A program made the position numbers and the translations under genes. Shown here one piece after another: positions 38,671 to 50,838 of a stretch of DNA of 64,000 nt. Each line of letters opens with the position of its first letter. The first letter of the stretch is position 1. The stretch covers positions 110,362,001-110,426,000 of the forward strand of contig NC_086107.1 of the NCBI RefSeq assembly GCF_963921235.1, in the 5' to 3' direction. This stretch comes from Mobula hypostoma (lineage: Eukaryota). The notes beneath the pieces are model-generated. The model saw nothing but the letters and a program-made list of their open reading frames with translations. It did no database searches and had not been told where the DNA came from.

Positions 38671-40089
38671 CTATTCGATATAAAGGTGTGAATTAGTTTT
38701 GCAGCATCATTACGTGACAGAAATGAACGTATCTTTACAATATTACTTAAGTGCAGAAATGTTGCTCAAGTCACTTACTTTATGTGGGATTTAAAGTTCA
38801 AATCTGAATCAAGGATAACACCTAGGCTTGTTACTTCTGTTTGTACAAGGGAAACCAAGTTTGCAAGTTTATCAAAAAGTTTATCGGGACAACCAAAAAG
38901 TATCTCAGTTTTATCTACATTTAGTTTAGGGAAATTATGGCTCATCCATTTATTTATTGCAGCCATACCAGAAGCCAGAAAGATCGGGTGTTATCATCAT
39001 CAGGCTCAACTGAGATATACAATTGTGTGTCATCTGCATAACTGTGGAAATGATGTTTCTGCTCTCTAATGATGTCTCTCAAGGGGAGCATGTTTAAGGA
39101 GAAGAGCAGGGGACCAAGGCAGCTTCCCTGAACGACACCAAAAGGTACATCATATATTTTAGAAAATTGGCCTCCAAGACAGACAAAAAATGTTCTCTTT
39201 AAGATATATGAGCTAAAGAATTCAGGGCACTTCCAGAGAGGCCAGCCCAGTTCTCAAGAGGATCAAGGAGAATGTTGTGATCAATTTTGTTGAATTACGA
39301 CCCTTCTTGCAAGAAGCCCTTCATGAGAAAGGTGCTATAATCAATGCAGGTCTCTATTTTAGCTCACAAGTTTTGGAGGTGGACTTGTTGCTCAATGATG
39401 GTGAGGGATGGGTAACAGATATTAGAGTCATAGGGTCATGGGAAAGTACAGCCCAGAAACAGGGCTGGAGTCCTCTTTCCTCCAAGAGGGCACAATCTTG
39501 TTGCAGGGTTTGGAGACTTGCATAGAAACATAGAAAATCTACAGCACATTACAGGCCCTTCGGCCCACAATGTTGTGCTGGCCATGTAACCTACTCGAGA
39601 AGCCATCTAGAAACAAGATCTTCGGCCCATCTAGTCTGTGCTGAGTCGGTTAAACCGCCTACTTCCATCATTCTGCACCTGGTACCTATCCAAACTTCTC
39701 CTCGACATTGAAATTGGGCTCGCATGCACCACTTGTGCTGGCATTTCGTTCCACACTCTCACGACCCTCTAAGTGAAGAAGTTTCCCCTCGTGTTCCCCT
39801 TAAACTTCTCACCTTTCACCCTCAACCCATGACCTCTAGTTGTAATCCCATGGAAAACCTGGCAACCCCCGATTTTTAACTCTAGCCTAATCACGGGACA
39901 TTTTACAAAGACCAATTAACATACTAACCGGTACGTCTTTGGACTGTGAGAGGAAACCAGAACACCAGGAAGAACCCTGTGCATTCCATGAAGATAATAT
40001 ACAGGCTCCTTATAGATGATTTTGGAATTGGGGTCCAAACTCTGGTGCCCCGTACTGTAGTAATGTTGCGCAAATTGCTATGCCACTGT

Positions 40090-41010
40090 TATTTTATGAC
40101 AGCAGTGCATTGCAATACATAATAATAAAAAACCTATAAATTATAATAAGTATATATAAAAAAAATGAAATAAGTAGTGAAAAAAGAGAGGAATAAAAAA
40201 GTGAGGTAGTGTTCATGGATTCATTGTCCATTCAGAAATTCGATGGTGGAGGGTAAGAAGCTGTTCCTGAAATATTGAGTGTGGGTCTTAATTCTCCTGT
40301 ACCTCCTCCGTGATGGTAGCAATGAGAAGAGGGCAAGTCCTGGCTGATGGGGTCCTTAATGATGGATGCCACCTTTCTGAGGCATCGCCCTTTGAAGGTG
40401 CCCTGGATGCTGGGGAGACCCGTGCCCATGATGGAGCTGGCTGAGTTCACAGCTTTCTGATGCTTTCTTCCCGATCCTGTGCAATGGCCATTCCTTACCA
40501 GGTGGTGATGCAACCATCTAGAATGCTCTCCACCGTACATCTGTAGCAATTTGTGGGTGTTCTTGGTGACATACCAAATCTCTTCAAACTCCCAATGAAA
40601 TATAGCTGCTGTCGTGCCTTCTTTGTAATTGCATCGATATGTTGGGCCCAGGACAGATCCTCGGAGATGTTGACACCCCAGGAACTTGAAACTGCTCACC
40701 CTTTCCACTGCTGATCCCGCTGACAGGACTGGTGTGTGTTCCTTCAATTAATCCTTGGTCTCACTGACGATGAGTGCCAGGTTGTTGCTGCGACACCACT
40801 CAACCAGCTGATCTATCTCTCTCCTGTACGCCTCCTCACCACCATCCGAAATTTCGCCGACGACAGTTGTGTCCCTGGCAAATTTACAGATGGCGTTTGA
40901 GCAGTGCCCAGTCACATATTCGTGGGCATAGAGAGAGTAGAGCAGTGTGCTAAGCACACACCTCTGAGGTGCGCCACTGTTGATTGCCAGCGAGGAAATA
41001 TTGCTTCCAA
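40090..41010 (-). mobile_element. Rex1/Babar-type LINE fragment with RT domain remnant
   Basis: GAPQRCVLSTLLYSLY...KFARDTTVVG.I...AYRREIDQLVEWCRSNNLAL. Confidence 0.85.
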
Positions 41011-41389
41011 TCAGCAAACATTCAGGGTTGATTTCACACCCTTTATTCCCAGAGAAAAAAAAATCATTAATATTCTGAGACTGGGAATAGAAAATCAGAT
41101 TCTGTAAAAAGAAGCTTGTATTACTTATATCATGACGCATTTTGAAATTAAATAAAGCTTTTGCTGGGAAGGTAAAAGGCAACTGTGATTTTATTATATT
41201 ACCAAGGACTTCATTGCTTGGAGCTGCAACAGTTCTTTACTCATTCAAAGGAAGACGTTGAAAGAGAGAAATCAACCATTTGAATATTTTACTTGGTGTG
41301 TGAGGTCTATAGCATCTGACAATTTGTGTTACATTGTAGTTCTCTGCTGAATTGCAAATCAACAAAGATTCCCATTCATACAACAGTTC

Positions 41390-41700
41390 AGATCACCTGA
41401 GGACTGAGAGAAGAAACGGAAGAGGTCAGGAACAAGAAAGGGTGAGGCCTATGTCGGTCAGGGTCGACCATGGATGTCGCATCCCATCTGGCCTGGGCAG
41501 TACGACATGGAGAGCAAGCTGTTGCCCACGTAGCAAGCTCACCCTTTCCACGCATCTGCTGGGCACAACGCAATGGCAGAAGCCGATACAGTTTGGTATC
41601 ATCACCGTTGCAGGAGCTGCCAGTCAGCGTTGAACTCAACGTAGGACTGCCTTAGGGACTCCAGCTCTGGAATTTTCCCTCGGAGTCTACTCCAGCTATA
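41390..41700 (-). mobile_element. Interspersed repeat, possibly RTE-derived (homologue about 53700-54065, +)
   Basis: 41585-41695 is approximately the reverse complement of 53950-54060. Confidence 0.55.
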
Positions 41701-41749
41701 ACAACCTTAAGGAGCCAACAGGAAAGAAAGTGATGGTAAAAAAAACCAA

Positions 41750-42492
41750 AGTGTTACACTTGCCCATTCACCACCTCCCTCACCTCTATTCAGGGCCCCA
41801 AACTGTCCTTCCAACACTTCACCTGTGAATCTGCTGGGGTCGTCTTTTGTGTCTGGTAATCCCAATGCGGCCTCCTCTGCATTGGTGAGACCGGTTGTAA
41901 ATTTGGGGGCCCACTTTGTTGAGCACGTCTGCTCCATCTACTAAAAGCGGAATTTTCTAACGGCTGAAGTTTCCCATTCCCATTCCGACATGTTGGTCTA
42001 TGGCCTCTTCTTGTGCCAAGATGAGGCCATGCTCAGAATGGAGGAGCAATACCTCATATTCCTTCTGTGTAGCCTCCAGCCTGATGCATGAACATTGATT
42101 TCTCCTTCTGGTAAAAAAAAATTCCCTCCCTCTCCCCTCTTCCTCTGTTCCTCACTCCGGCCTCTTACCTGTTCTCACCTGCGTATCACCTCCAGCTGGT
42201 GCCCCCACTTCTTCCTTTTCTCTCATGGTCCACTCTCCTGCCCTATCCGATTCCTTCATCTCCAGCCCTTGACCTTTCCTGCCCACCCAGCTTCACCTCC
42301 TAGCTAACCTCTTTCCCCTCCGCCCATGTTTTTATTCTGGCATCTTCCCCCTTCCTTCTCTGTCCTGAAGAAGGGTCTCGGCCTGAAATGCTGGATGTTT
42401 ATTCATTTCCATAGATGCTGCCTGACCTGCTGAGTTCCTCCAGCATTTTGTGTGTGTGTTGCTCTGGATTTCCGGCATCTGCAGAATCTCTT
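41750..42492 (+). mobile_element. Penelope-like element 3' part: GIY-YIG endonuclease remnant plus pseudo-LTR with decayed hammerhead
   Basis: Translates CYTCPFTTSLTSIQGPK.SFQ..HFTCESAGVVFCVW*SQCGLLCIGETG; the 3' end (42360-42492) is the same repeat unit as 38455-38670. Confidence 0.8.
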
Positions 42493-43186
42493 TTACTATA
42501 AATAACCAAAGGGGTTTGTCCTTTTTCCACGACGGGGGTGGGGAAAAGCGTTTTAATTTCTTGAAAATGTTGAGTAATGCTTGAGACGAGGACCTTCGGA
42601 GTAAACAGAGAGGCTGAAGCCAGAGCTTCAGATAAACGTGAGAAATAGACCAGGATCAGCCTTTGGGTTGACTACGCCTTTTGAACCCTTGTGCCTGCTC
42701 CGAGCTTCATTAAGAACGTGACTAATCTTTTACCTCAGTGTGACTTGCCTGCACAAATCCATCTTCCTGATTAAGATAGATGAACTTTATTTGTCTCACC
42801 TCCATTGAAACATGGAGACCTGCAGTGAAATGCACCTTTTGCACCAACAACCCAACACAGTCTGAGGATGCACTGGGGGCAGCCTGCAAGTGTCGCCATG
42901 CTTCTGACACCGATGACTAACCCTAACCCAGCACCTCATCGTGCTGTGCCTTTCCAGCGCTCTGCTGTTCTGTGTTCTGTGCTCTAGTCTAGATCAGCTC
43001 TATCTGTCACCTGTACATCGAAATGGGAAAAAAATAGCAAAATTTGTGTCAAATCAAATCGGTGAGGAGTGTGGGCAGCCCACCAGCATTGACGCGCTTC
43101 TGGCGCCAATATGGCAGGCCCACAGTTCACTAACCCTGACCTATACAGCTTGGACTTGCATGACCCTATCTCACACGGGGTATGAG

Positions 43187-43828
43187 CAGACATCCCACCT
43201 CTCTCGGAAGTTCCAGGAGTCTCCCACATATTGATAGTGGCTCCCTGATGCCCGGAAATTATATACAAAATCCCGGAAATCAATTTTTTTTGAGAGGGAG
43301 AGCGAGAGCGAGCATCCTGATTGGTCTCTCGTCGTGCTAAGTGGACCTGTCAGTTTTCTCTGTGGGCGAGCTTTACAGTCAACCTCAAAAATAATGACAG
43401 TGTTGCTCGCTGCACTGTTTGCAACAGTGACTTTTCTATTGCCCATGGTGGGTTAAAATGTAAAAGACATGTTGAGGTGAGTTTAACAGGTGTCATTACA
43501 GCATAGCTAACATTATTTAAACTAGCTGACTAGCTGCTAAGGAGCTACTCTATTGATGTCCTACGTGATGAGGCCAAACTCCCTGTAGACTTGCTTAAAG
43601 TTGTAACAGGATAAAAAAAACGACTCCATGATAATATAATATAATATAAGTACATATTTTAATGTCACATTTTCTGCATATACCCAACTTGGTTTACAGT
43701 TTAGACAAAGTCACTAAACAAAGTATTACATACGCCCTTGGAGGTCGACCGGGGGGATGGGGGGATATGGGGTTGCGGGGGGCGGGGGTGCTACCTCCCT
43801 GAAATAAGTTTTTGCCGGGTGGGATGTC
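43187..43828 (+). mobile_element. Non-autonomous hAT element carrying a BED-type zinc-finger fragment
   Basis: TIRs CAGACATCCCACC / GGTGGGATGTC; 8-bp TSD GGTATGAG (43179-43186) / GGTATGCG (43829-43836); ARCTVCNSDFSIAHGGLKCKRH. Confidence 0.8.
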
Positions 43829-44485
43829 GGTATGCGGCTGCCGGAGTGGCCCCTGCCTGGTTTAGACCGCCTGTCGGAGTGGTGTACTGGGGAGAGGCCG
43901 CTGCCGTGCGCAGGCAGCGGCTCGGAGCCACAGTCCAGGGCTGGGTGTCCGGTGGGGACCAAAGACGGGTGAGCTGCCCCAGAATTAATATAACAAGCCC
44001 CTTCATCACAGGGCAATTTACAGTGGCCAATTGACCTACTAACCGGTACGGCTTTGGACTGTGGGAGGAAACCGGAGCAGCTGGAGGAAACCCACGCGGT
44101 CACGGGGAGAACGTACAAACTCCTTACAGACAGTGGTGAGAATTGAAGCCCTATCGCTAGCACTGTGAAATATTACGCCACTATGCTTCCTGCACAAAAG
44201 GCTAACACACGATCTGCCTTCTTAGCTGCTTGCTTTATCAGTATTAACTTTCAGTGATCCTTGTAAGCGGATACCAAGCTCCACTGAATAATGCCTTCCA
44301 ATCTCTCAGCATTTACAAAACGACAGTACGCTTCTCCTCCTTTATAAAGTGGATGACCTCACATTTTTCCACGTTACAGTTCGTCTGCCATGCCCTTGCT
44401 CATTCGCCAGTATCTTGTAGAAGTCACTTAGCTCTTTCCTCACGCTTACACAAACCCTCCAGCCTACCATCAATATTCCTGTGTA

Positions 44486-45970
44486 CGTTCAGTGGCCACT
44501 ACGTTAGGTACACGCATAACACCTGCTTGTTCAAACCAAGTCACGTTTATGGTCATTTAACTACATACATGTATACCGCCAAAAGACACAACATTTCTCC
44601 AGACCGTAGTCGTACATATAACACACATACCACACACAATAACTTATGAAAGTAGGAATGAAATCTACAGATGAATTATGCATAAATAACCAAACTAAAG
44701 TGCATAAATCAAATATTGTAGGGTACAGAACAGATTAACCAGTGACACTTCAAATGCAATGTGGCAGGGAAGTTCAGAAGACTAATGGCCTGAGGGGAGA
44801 AACTGTTTCCAATCCTGATTGCCCTTGACCCTTATGCATCAGAGTCTCCTGCCTGATGGTAGAAAGTCAAAGAGGATGTGAGATGGATGGATGGGATCTT
44901 TAATAATACAAAGGAATTAATGCAAATATCTAATCAACTAATCATGTGGTAGCAGCTCAACGCATAAAAGCATACCGACATGGTCAAGAGGCTCAGTTGT
45001 TTTTTTTTATTGAACTTTTTTATTTTTATAATTATACAACATTATAAAAAAACTTGCACAAGACTTTAAAGATGTTTATAGAACTAATGGCTTACAGCAA
45101 CATGATCTACAATGTCTATACATTTGAAAATTTGCCTAATTTCAAAAGCAAACATAAAACATTACATTTCAATTGTACATTTATGCTGAGTAGTTTTTTT
45201 GAAAAAAAACACTAACTAATGAAGGACCATACATTTGTAATTGTACATTGTACTCTAACGATGGTGTTTCCCCTCCCCCCGCCTCATTAAAGAATATTTC
45301 CAAAAGGTAATTTTGGAAATATTGGACTTGGATTTGTAAGATCCAGTCGTATCGGGAGGCCCATTATCAAACTTATCCTCGTATGAGTGTGTACACACAC
45401 ACACACTTGTTATGTCTCCTTCTAAACTAAGAAGGTTGCATTGTGTTAAATTTGCCGAATCTATATTAAATAAAACAATTGCTCACGGCAAAGGTATCAA
45501 TAAATACTCATTCTGTGAATTGCAATTAGTAACAAAAGGCTCAGTTGTTGATCAAACCAAACATCAGAATGGGGAAGGAATGTAATCTAAGTGACTTTGT
45601 GGAATGATTGTTGGTGCCAGATGGGGTGGTTTGAGTATCTCAGATTTTCAAACACAACAGTCTCTAGAGTTTACAAAGAATGGTGCAAAATACAAAAAAA
45701 AAATCCAATGAGCGACAGTTCTGTGGGTGAAAATGTCTCGTTAATGAGAGAGGTCAGAGGAGAATGACCAGACTGGTTCAGGCTGACAGGAAGGTGACAG
45801 TAACTTAAATAACCACACGTTACAACAGTGGTGTGCAGAACAGCATCTCCAAATGTACAACATGTCGAACCTTGAAAGCCGGTAAGCTACAGCAGCAGAA
45901 GACCATGAACATACCGTCAGTGGCCACTTTATTAGTTACAGGAGGTACGGAATAAAGTGGCCACTGAGTT
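44486..45970 (+). mobile_element. Tc1-like non-autonomous element with nested insertions
   Basis: TA flanks at 44484-44485 and 45971-45972; TIRs CAGTGGCCACT... / ...AGTGGCCACTGAG; MGKECNLSDF HTH remnant at about 45570. Confidence 0.8.
45002..45532 (-). other. Polyadenylated retro-insertion (mRNA 3' UTR retrocopy or L1/Tx1 3' end)
   Basis: Poly-T start; AATAAA upstream of the poly(A) on the minus strand; 17-bp TSD with one mismatch (44985-45001 / 45533-45549). Confidence 0.7.
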
Positions 45971-46448
45971 TAGGTTACACTTTCTGTCCTCTTCCGGTCA
46001 ATGACTGTGAACGGCTGGGGCCTCAGCATCAGCCTGCAAAACCCCATCGTCATAGCCTCCCAATTGAAAATGAGCCCTTTATTCTGCCCAAACCTGTCAT
46101 TATGTTCTAAGTGTCGAGATACTAGTTCCTTAATAATATATTACATCAGCTTCTCTTTTACTGGGGTCGGGCTAATTGGTTTATAGTTACTTGTTTACTC
46201 TCCGCTGACCAGTCATTGATCCACATCAACGTTAGCTCCAATCGCGGGTACTATAATCCTGCTTAATGGCCTCCTGTGCGGCACCTTATAATAGGCCTCC
46301 TAAAAGACCACTGGGTGACCCTTGTCCTCTCTGCTATTTACAAACTCAAGGAATTCCAATGGATATGTCAAAAGTGTCAACCTGTTCATTAATTCATGTT
46401 GACTCGGCCCAAGACTGTCATTATTCCCTCCCAAAATGCTGGAAGAAT

Positions 46449-46788
46449 TCAGAGAGCCAGGCAGCATCTACGGAGAAGTGTCAGAGAGCCAGGCAGCATC
46501 TATGGAGAAGTGTCAGAGAGCCAGGCAGCATCTATGGAGAAGTGTCAGAGAGCCAGGCAGCATCTATGGAGAAGTGTCAGAGAGCCAGGCAGCATCTATG
46601 GAGAAGTGTCAGAGAGCCAGGCAGCATCTATGGAGAAGTGTCAGAGAGCCAGGCAGCATCTATGGAGAAGTGTCAGAGAGCCAGGCAGCATCTATGGAGA
46701 AGTGTCAGAGAGCCAGGCAGCATCTATGGAGAAGTGTCAGAGAGCCAGGCAGCATCTATGGAGAAGTGTCAGAGAGCCAGGCAGCATC
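46449..46788 (+). repeat. 32-bp minisatellite, about 10.6 copies
   Basis: Unit TCAGAGAGCCAGGCAGCATCTATGGAGAAGTG, head-to-tail with no spacers; one substitution in the first unit. Confidence 0.97.
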
Positions 46789-47022
46789 AATGCAACGCAC
46801 TTGTAGGGATAAGTGCCTGGAGGGATGCTTGGAGTCCTGATGAAGGGTCTCGGCCCAAAACGTCGACTGTTGACCCTTTTCCATACATGCTGCCTGGCCT
46901 GCTGAGTTCCTCCAGCATTGTGTGTGTGTGTGTGTGTTGCTTTGGATTTCCAGTATCTGCAGATTTTCTCGAGTTCCTGATTATTCCCTCCTGGCACTTA
47001 TCCCCGCAAGCAGCCTAACTGA

Positions 47023-47420
47023 CCGTACACCTCCTCCCCCGCCTCCCTCTGTTCAGGGCCCCGAACACTCCTTCCAGATGAGGCAACTCTTCACCTGCGA
47101 GTCTGCTGGGGTCGTCTGTTGTGTCCGGTGCTCCCAGCGCAGCCTCCTCTACATTGGTGAGCTGAAAGAAGAGGGAATCTGACAGGAGAGGAGAGTGGAG
47201 CATGGGAGAAAGGGAAGGAGGAGGGTTCAGCCGGGGGAAGTGAGAGGGCAGGTGAGGGGAAGAGGAGAGGTGAAGAGGGAGCTAGAGTGGGGAATAGAAG
47301 AAGAGGGAAGAGGGGAGGGGGGAAATTACCGGAAGTTAGACAAGACCAGTGTTCATACTATCGGGGGCAGAGTTACCCAAACGGAATATGAGGCATTGCT
47401 CCTCTGAGGGTGGCCTCAAC
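47023..47420. mobile_element. Penelope-like element fragment with internal inversion
   Basis: 47023-47160 (+) reads VQGPEHSFQMRQLFTCESAGVVCCVRCSQRSLLYIGE (GIY-YIG); 47161-47420 is the downstream part in the opposite orientation. Confidence 0.75.
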
Positions 47421-48699
47421 TGCTGGAGAAACTCAGCGAGTCAGGCGGAAAATGGGCAATCAGCGTTCAGCCCGTGAGTGGGAGGGCAGGCTCTGGCTGT
47501 CTGCGGACTCTGGAGTCTCATTAGCCACAATGCCAGTGATTGAAGCTTGCCTGGTCCCGAACTTCCCTCTTCAGCTCTGATCTGAATGAGAAACAATCCA
47601 TTAAGGGAACGAGGCTCCCTTAAAACACCGCTTTCCACAGGTTAGCACCAGAGTTCAGAACTATTTATTACTTATCAAGTTAACCCACAGATCTAACTGT
47701 GAATGTTCCTCACTTGTCTGTTCAGCCCAAGTCGATTTTAGTGCAGAGTTCTTCTGCCACCTTCTGAATACAAGGAGCATGACATGAGATTGGAAGATAA
47801 GTCAGTGACGGGAATAAAAGGGCCGATCGACTTCATCCACCATATACGTTTCTTGTATTAGGAACTTACTGTGGTCTGTTGGTTAGGGCACGACAAGCAA
47901 TGAAAAAACATTTAACAATTACAAAAAGTAAAGAATTATATAAAAATAAAGTTAGAGGTTAAATGGAATAAATGTGCATGTATTTACAACTTAAATAACA
48001 TTATAAAAAGTGGTTTAAAGTGTTTAGATGTGCAGTGATGGAGATAATAGAGGGGGGTGTGGGGGGCTAACTTGCATGGTTGATCAGATTAACTGTCTGG
48101 GGGAAGAAACTTTTAAGATGGCGTGGCGTGTTTGTTTTAGCAGCTCTTTAGCGCTCTCCAGAAGGGAGCTTTTGGAAAAGGCAGTGTGTCTGGTGGGTAG
48201 TGAGTGCTGGTAAAGTTTGCGCGCTGATCAAGTCCTGCGGTGGTCGCAGCTTGGGGTCAGATGTAACAGAAGGAAGCGTGGGCTCCTTCCCTTCCCGTAG
48301 GCCGCAGGATGGGTGAGAATTTTTAGTATTTCTCCTTTTATTTCGGATCTCCAACTGCTGCATTGTTTTGCTTCTGTTCAGCTAGGGGGAGATAGAACAG
48401 TGAGTATAGAACACAACAGCTCAGTACAGGCCCTTCAGCCCACAATGTTGTGCAGTCCTTTTAACATACCCTAGTTTTAATTTAACTCTTTCCTTCCACG
48501 TAGCCCTCCATTTTACTTTCATCCATTTCCCTATCCACGAGTCTCTTCAATGCCCGTAATGTATCTGCCTCTACCTTCACCCGGGCAGTGTGTTCCATGC
48601 ACCACCACTCCTTGTGTAAAACGCTGACCTCTGACATCCCCCCTTCACCGATACTCCCTCCCGGTGCAGGCTCAGAGCTAGCCTCTTCCATCTCCTCAG

Positions 48700-49730
48700 T
48701 CACAATTTCTGAGAAGTTTGTGAAGATCTGAAACTTGGACGGATTTCCATAGGTGTGTGGTGGAGAGGGTATTGACTGGTTGCATCATGGCCCGGTATGG
48801 AAGCTCCCAAGCCCTTGAGTAGAGAGGCCCACAAAAAAAAGCAGAGGCTGTGGTGTGGAAGGACCATCACGGGCAAAGCCCTCCCCACCATTGAGCACAT
48901 CTACACGGAGTGCTGTTGCAGGAGAGCAGCATCCATCATCAAGGACCCCCACCTCCCAGGCCATGCTCTGTTCCCACTGCTCCGTCAAGAAGAAGGTACA
49001 GGAGCCTCAGGACTCTGAGGTTTAGGAACAGTTATTACTCCTCGACCATCACACTCTTGAACCAGAGGAGTTAACTTCAATTGTCCCAACACTGAACTGT
49101 TTCCACAACTTATGACCCTCATGTTCTTGGTATTCACAGATTTCCTTGTGTTTGCTTGATATTCATTGTTTGTTTAATTATTTATTATTTCTTCTTTTTT
49201 ACTTTTTGGATTTGCCTTTTGCAGATTGGTTGTTTGCCTGCTCTGTTGCGTGTGGCCTTTCATTGATTCTATTGTGCTTCTTGTATTCACTGTAAATGGC
49301 TGCAAGAGAACTAAACAACAGGAATTCTGCAGATGCTGGAAATTCAAGCAACACACATCAAAGTTGCCGGTGAACGCAGCAGGCCAGGCAGCATCTCGAG
49401 GAAGAGGTACAGGTGCAGCTGCCTGGCCTGCTGCGTTCACCAGCAACTTTGATGTGTGTTGCAAGAGAACTAATCCTGCTTCGCCTCCCCCACCCCTTTA
49501 TCTTTCCCCTTACTGGTTTTTTCACCTGGAACCTACCAGCCTTCTCCTTCCCACTCTCCCCCCACCTTCTTTATAGGGCCTCTGCCCCCTCCCTCTACAG
49601 TCCTGACGAAGGGTTCTGGCCCGAAACGTCAACGGATGCTGCCCGACCTGCTGAGTTCCTCCAGCGTGTTGTGAGTGAACTAATCTTAGGGTTGTATATG
49701 TACTTTGATAGTAAATTTACTTTGAACTTT
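48700..49730 (+). mobile_element. Rex1/Babar-type LINE 3' fragment with two Penelope-derived inserts
   Basis: TITGKALPTIEHIY..CCRRAASIIKDPH; inserts at 49315-49459 and about 49474-49670. Confidence 0.75.
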
Positions 49731-50255
49731 GAGCACACCAGTGCCCGGTCACAGCTGTGAATTCTGGGTATTGAAGGACCAGCCAGAGTTTGTCCGCAGG
49801 CAAGCTGTGCACTTTGCCATAATTAGTTGGCGTGGGATTGAAATTGACTGGTTTTGCAATAACAATGAAAGATAAAGATTAGCTTTATTTGTCACATGTC
49901 ATTGAAACGTCAAAGCATACAGTGGAGTGAGTCGTTTGCGTCAACAACCAAACCGTCCGATGGAAACCAAAGCACCCGGCGGAAACCCATGCAGTCACTG
50001 TGAGGATCTGCAAACTCCTTGCAGGGCAGAAATGGGAATTGACACCCAATTGGTAGTTGCCGGTGCTGTAGAGCGTTGTGCTAACCGCTACGCCACTGGG
50101 CCGCGTGGTCATTATGGTTGACCCTCACGCCTGTGTTGTTCCTTTCCGCAATTGGGGGGCAACGTCTCTGTTCCTTTGGAATTTTTGTCTGTTGAGTTTC
50201 TAGCTCGATGCTCAGGCCAGCACGGACGGAAAGCGTGCAAGGAGCCAGCGGGATT

Positions 50256-50838
50256 CATAGTCATAGTCATACTTTATTGATCCCAGGGGAAATTAGTTTT
50301 CGTTACAGTTGCACCATAAATTATTAGATAGTAATAAAACCATAAATAATTAAATAGTAATATGTAAATTATGATAGACGGAAATAAGTCCAGGACCAGC
50401 CTATTGGCTCAGGGTGTCTGACCCTCCAAGGGAGGAGTTGTAAAGTTTGATGGCCACAGGCAGGAATGACTTCCTATGACGCTTTTGCATCTCGGTAGAA
50501 TGAGTCTCTGGCTGAATGTACTCCTGTGCCCACCCAGTACATTATGTAGTGGATGGGAGACACTGACCAAGATGGCATGCAACTTGGACAGCATCCTCTT
50601 TTCAGACACCACCGTGAGAGAATCCAGTTCCATCCCCACAACATCACTGGCCTTACGAATGAGTTTGTTGATTCTGTTGGTGTCTGCTACCCTCAGCCTG
50701 CTGCCCCAGCACACAACAGCAAACATGATAGCACTGGCCACCACAGACTCGTAGAACATCCTCAGCATTGTCCGGCAGATGTTAAAGGACCTCAGTCTCC
50801 TCAGGAAATAGAGACGGCTCTGACCCTTCTTGTAGACG
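50256..50838 (-). mobile_element. Young Rex1 LINE inserted in a tRNA-SINE
   Basis: Near-identical to 35676-36260; the flanks join into GGATTCGAACCCGGG. Confidence 0.9.

Larger units (their letters stand above)
37850..39300 (-). mobile_element. L2-type LINE, degraded
   Basis: WMSHNFPKLNVDKTEIL...LGVILDSDLNFKSHI; (TTA)n tail at about 37850. Confidence 0.8.

Noticed and set aside
42917..42930. CTAACCCTAACCC as telomerase RNA template or interstitial telomere
   Set aside because: Only two units, within a repeat-like segment, with no supporting structure seen.
46266..47018. 250-aa repetitive ORF / CRISPR-like array
   Set aside because: Head-to-tail 32-bp units with no spacers and no cas genes, in eukaryotic DNA. 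The frames are open only because the unit has no stop codon.
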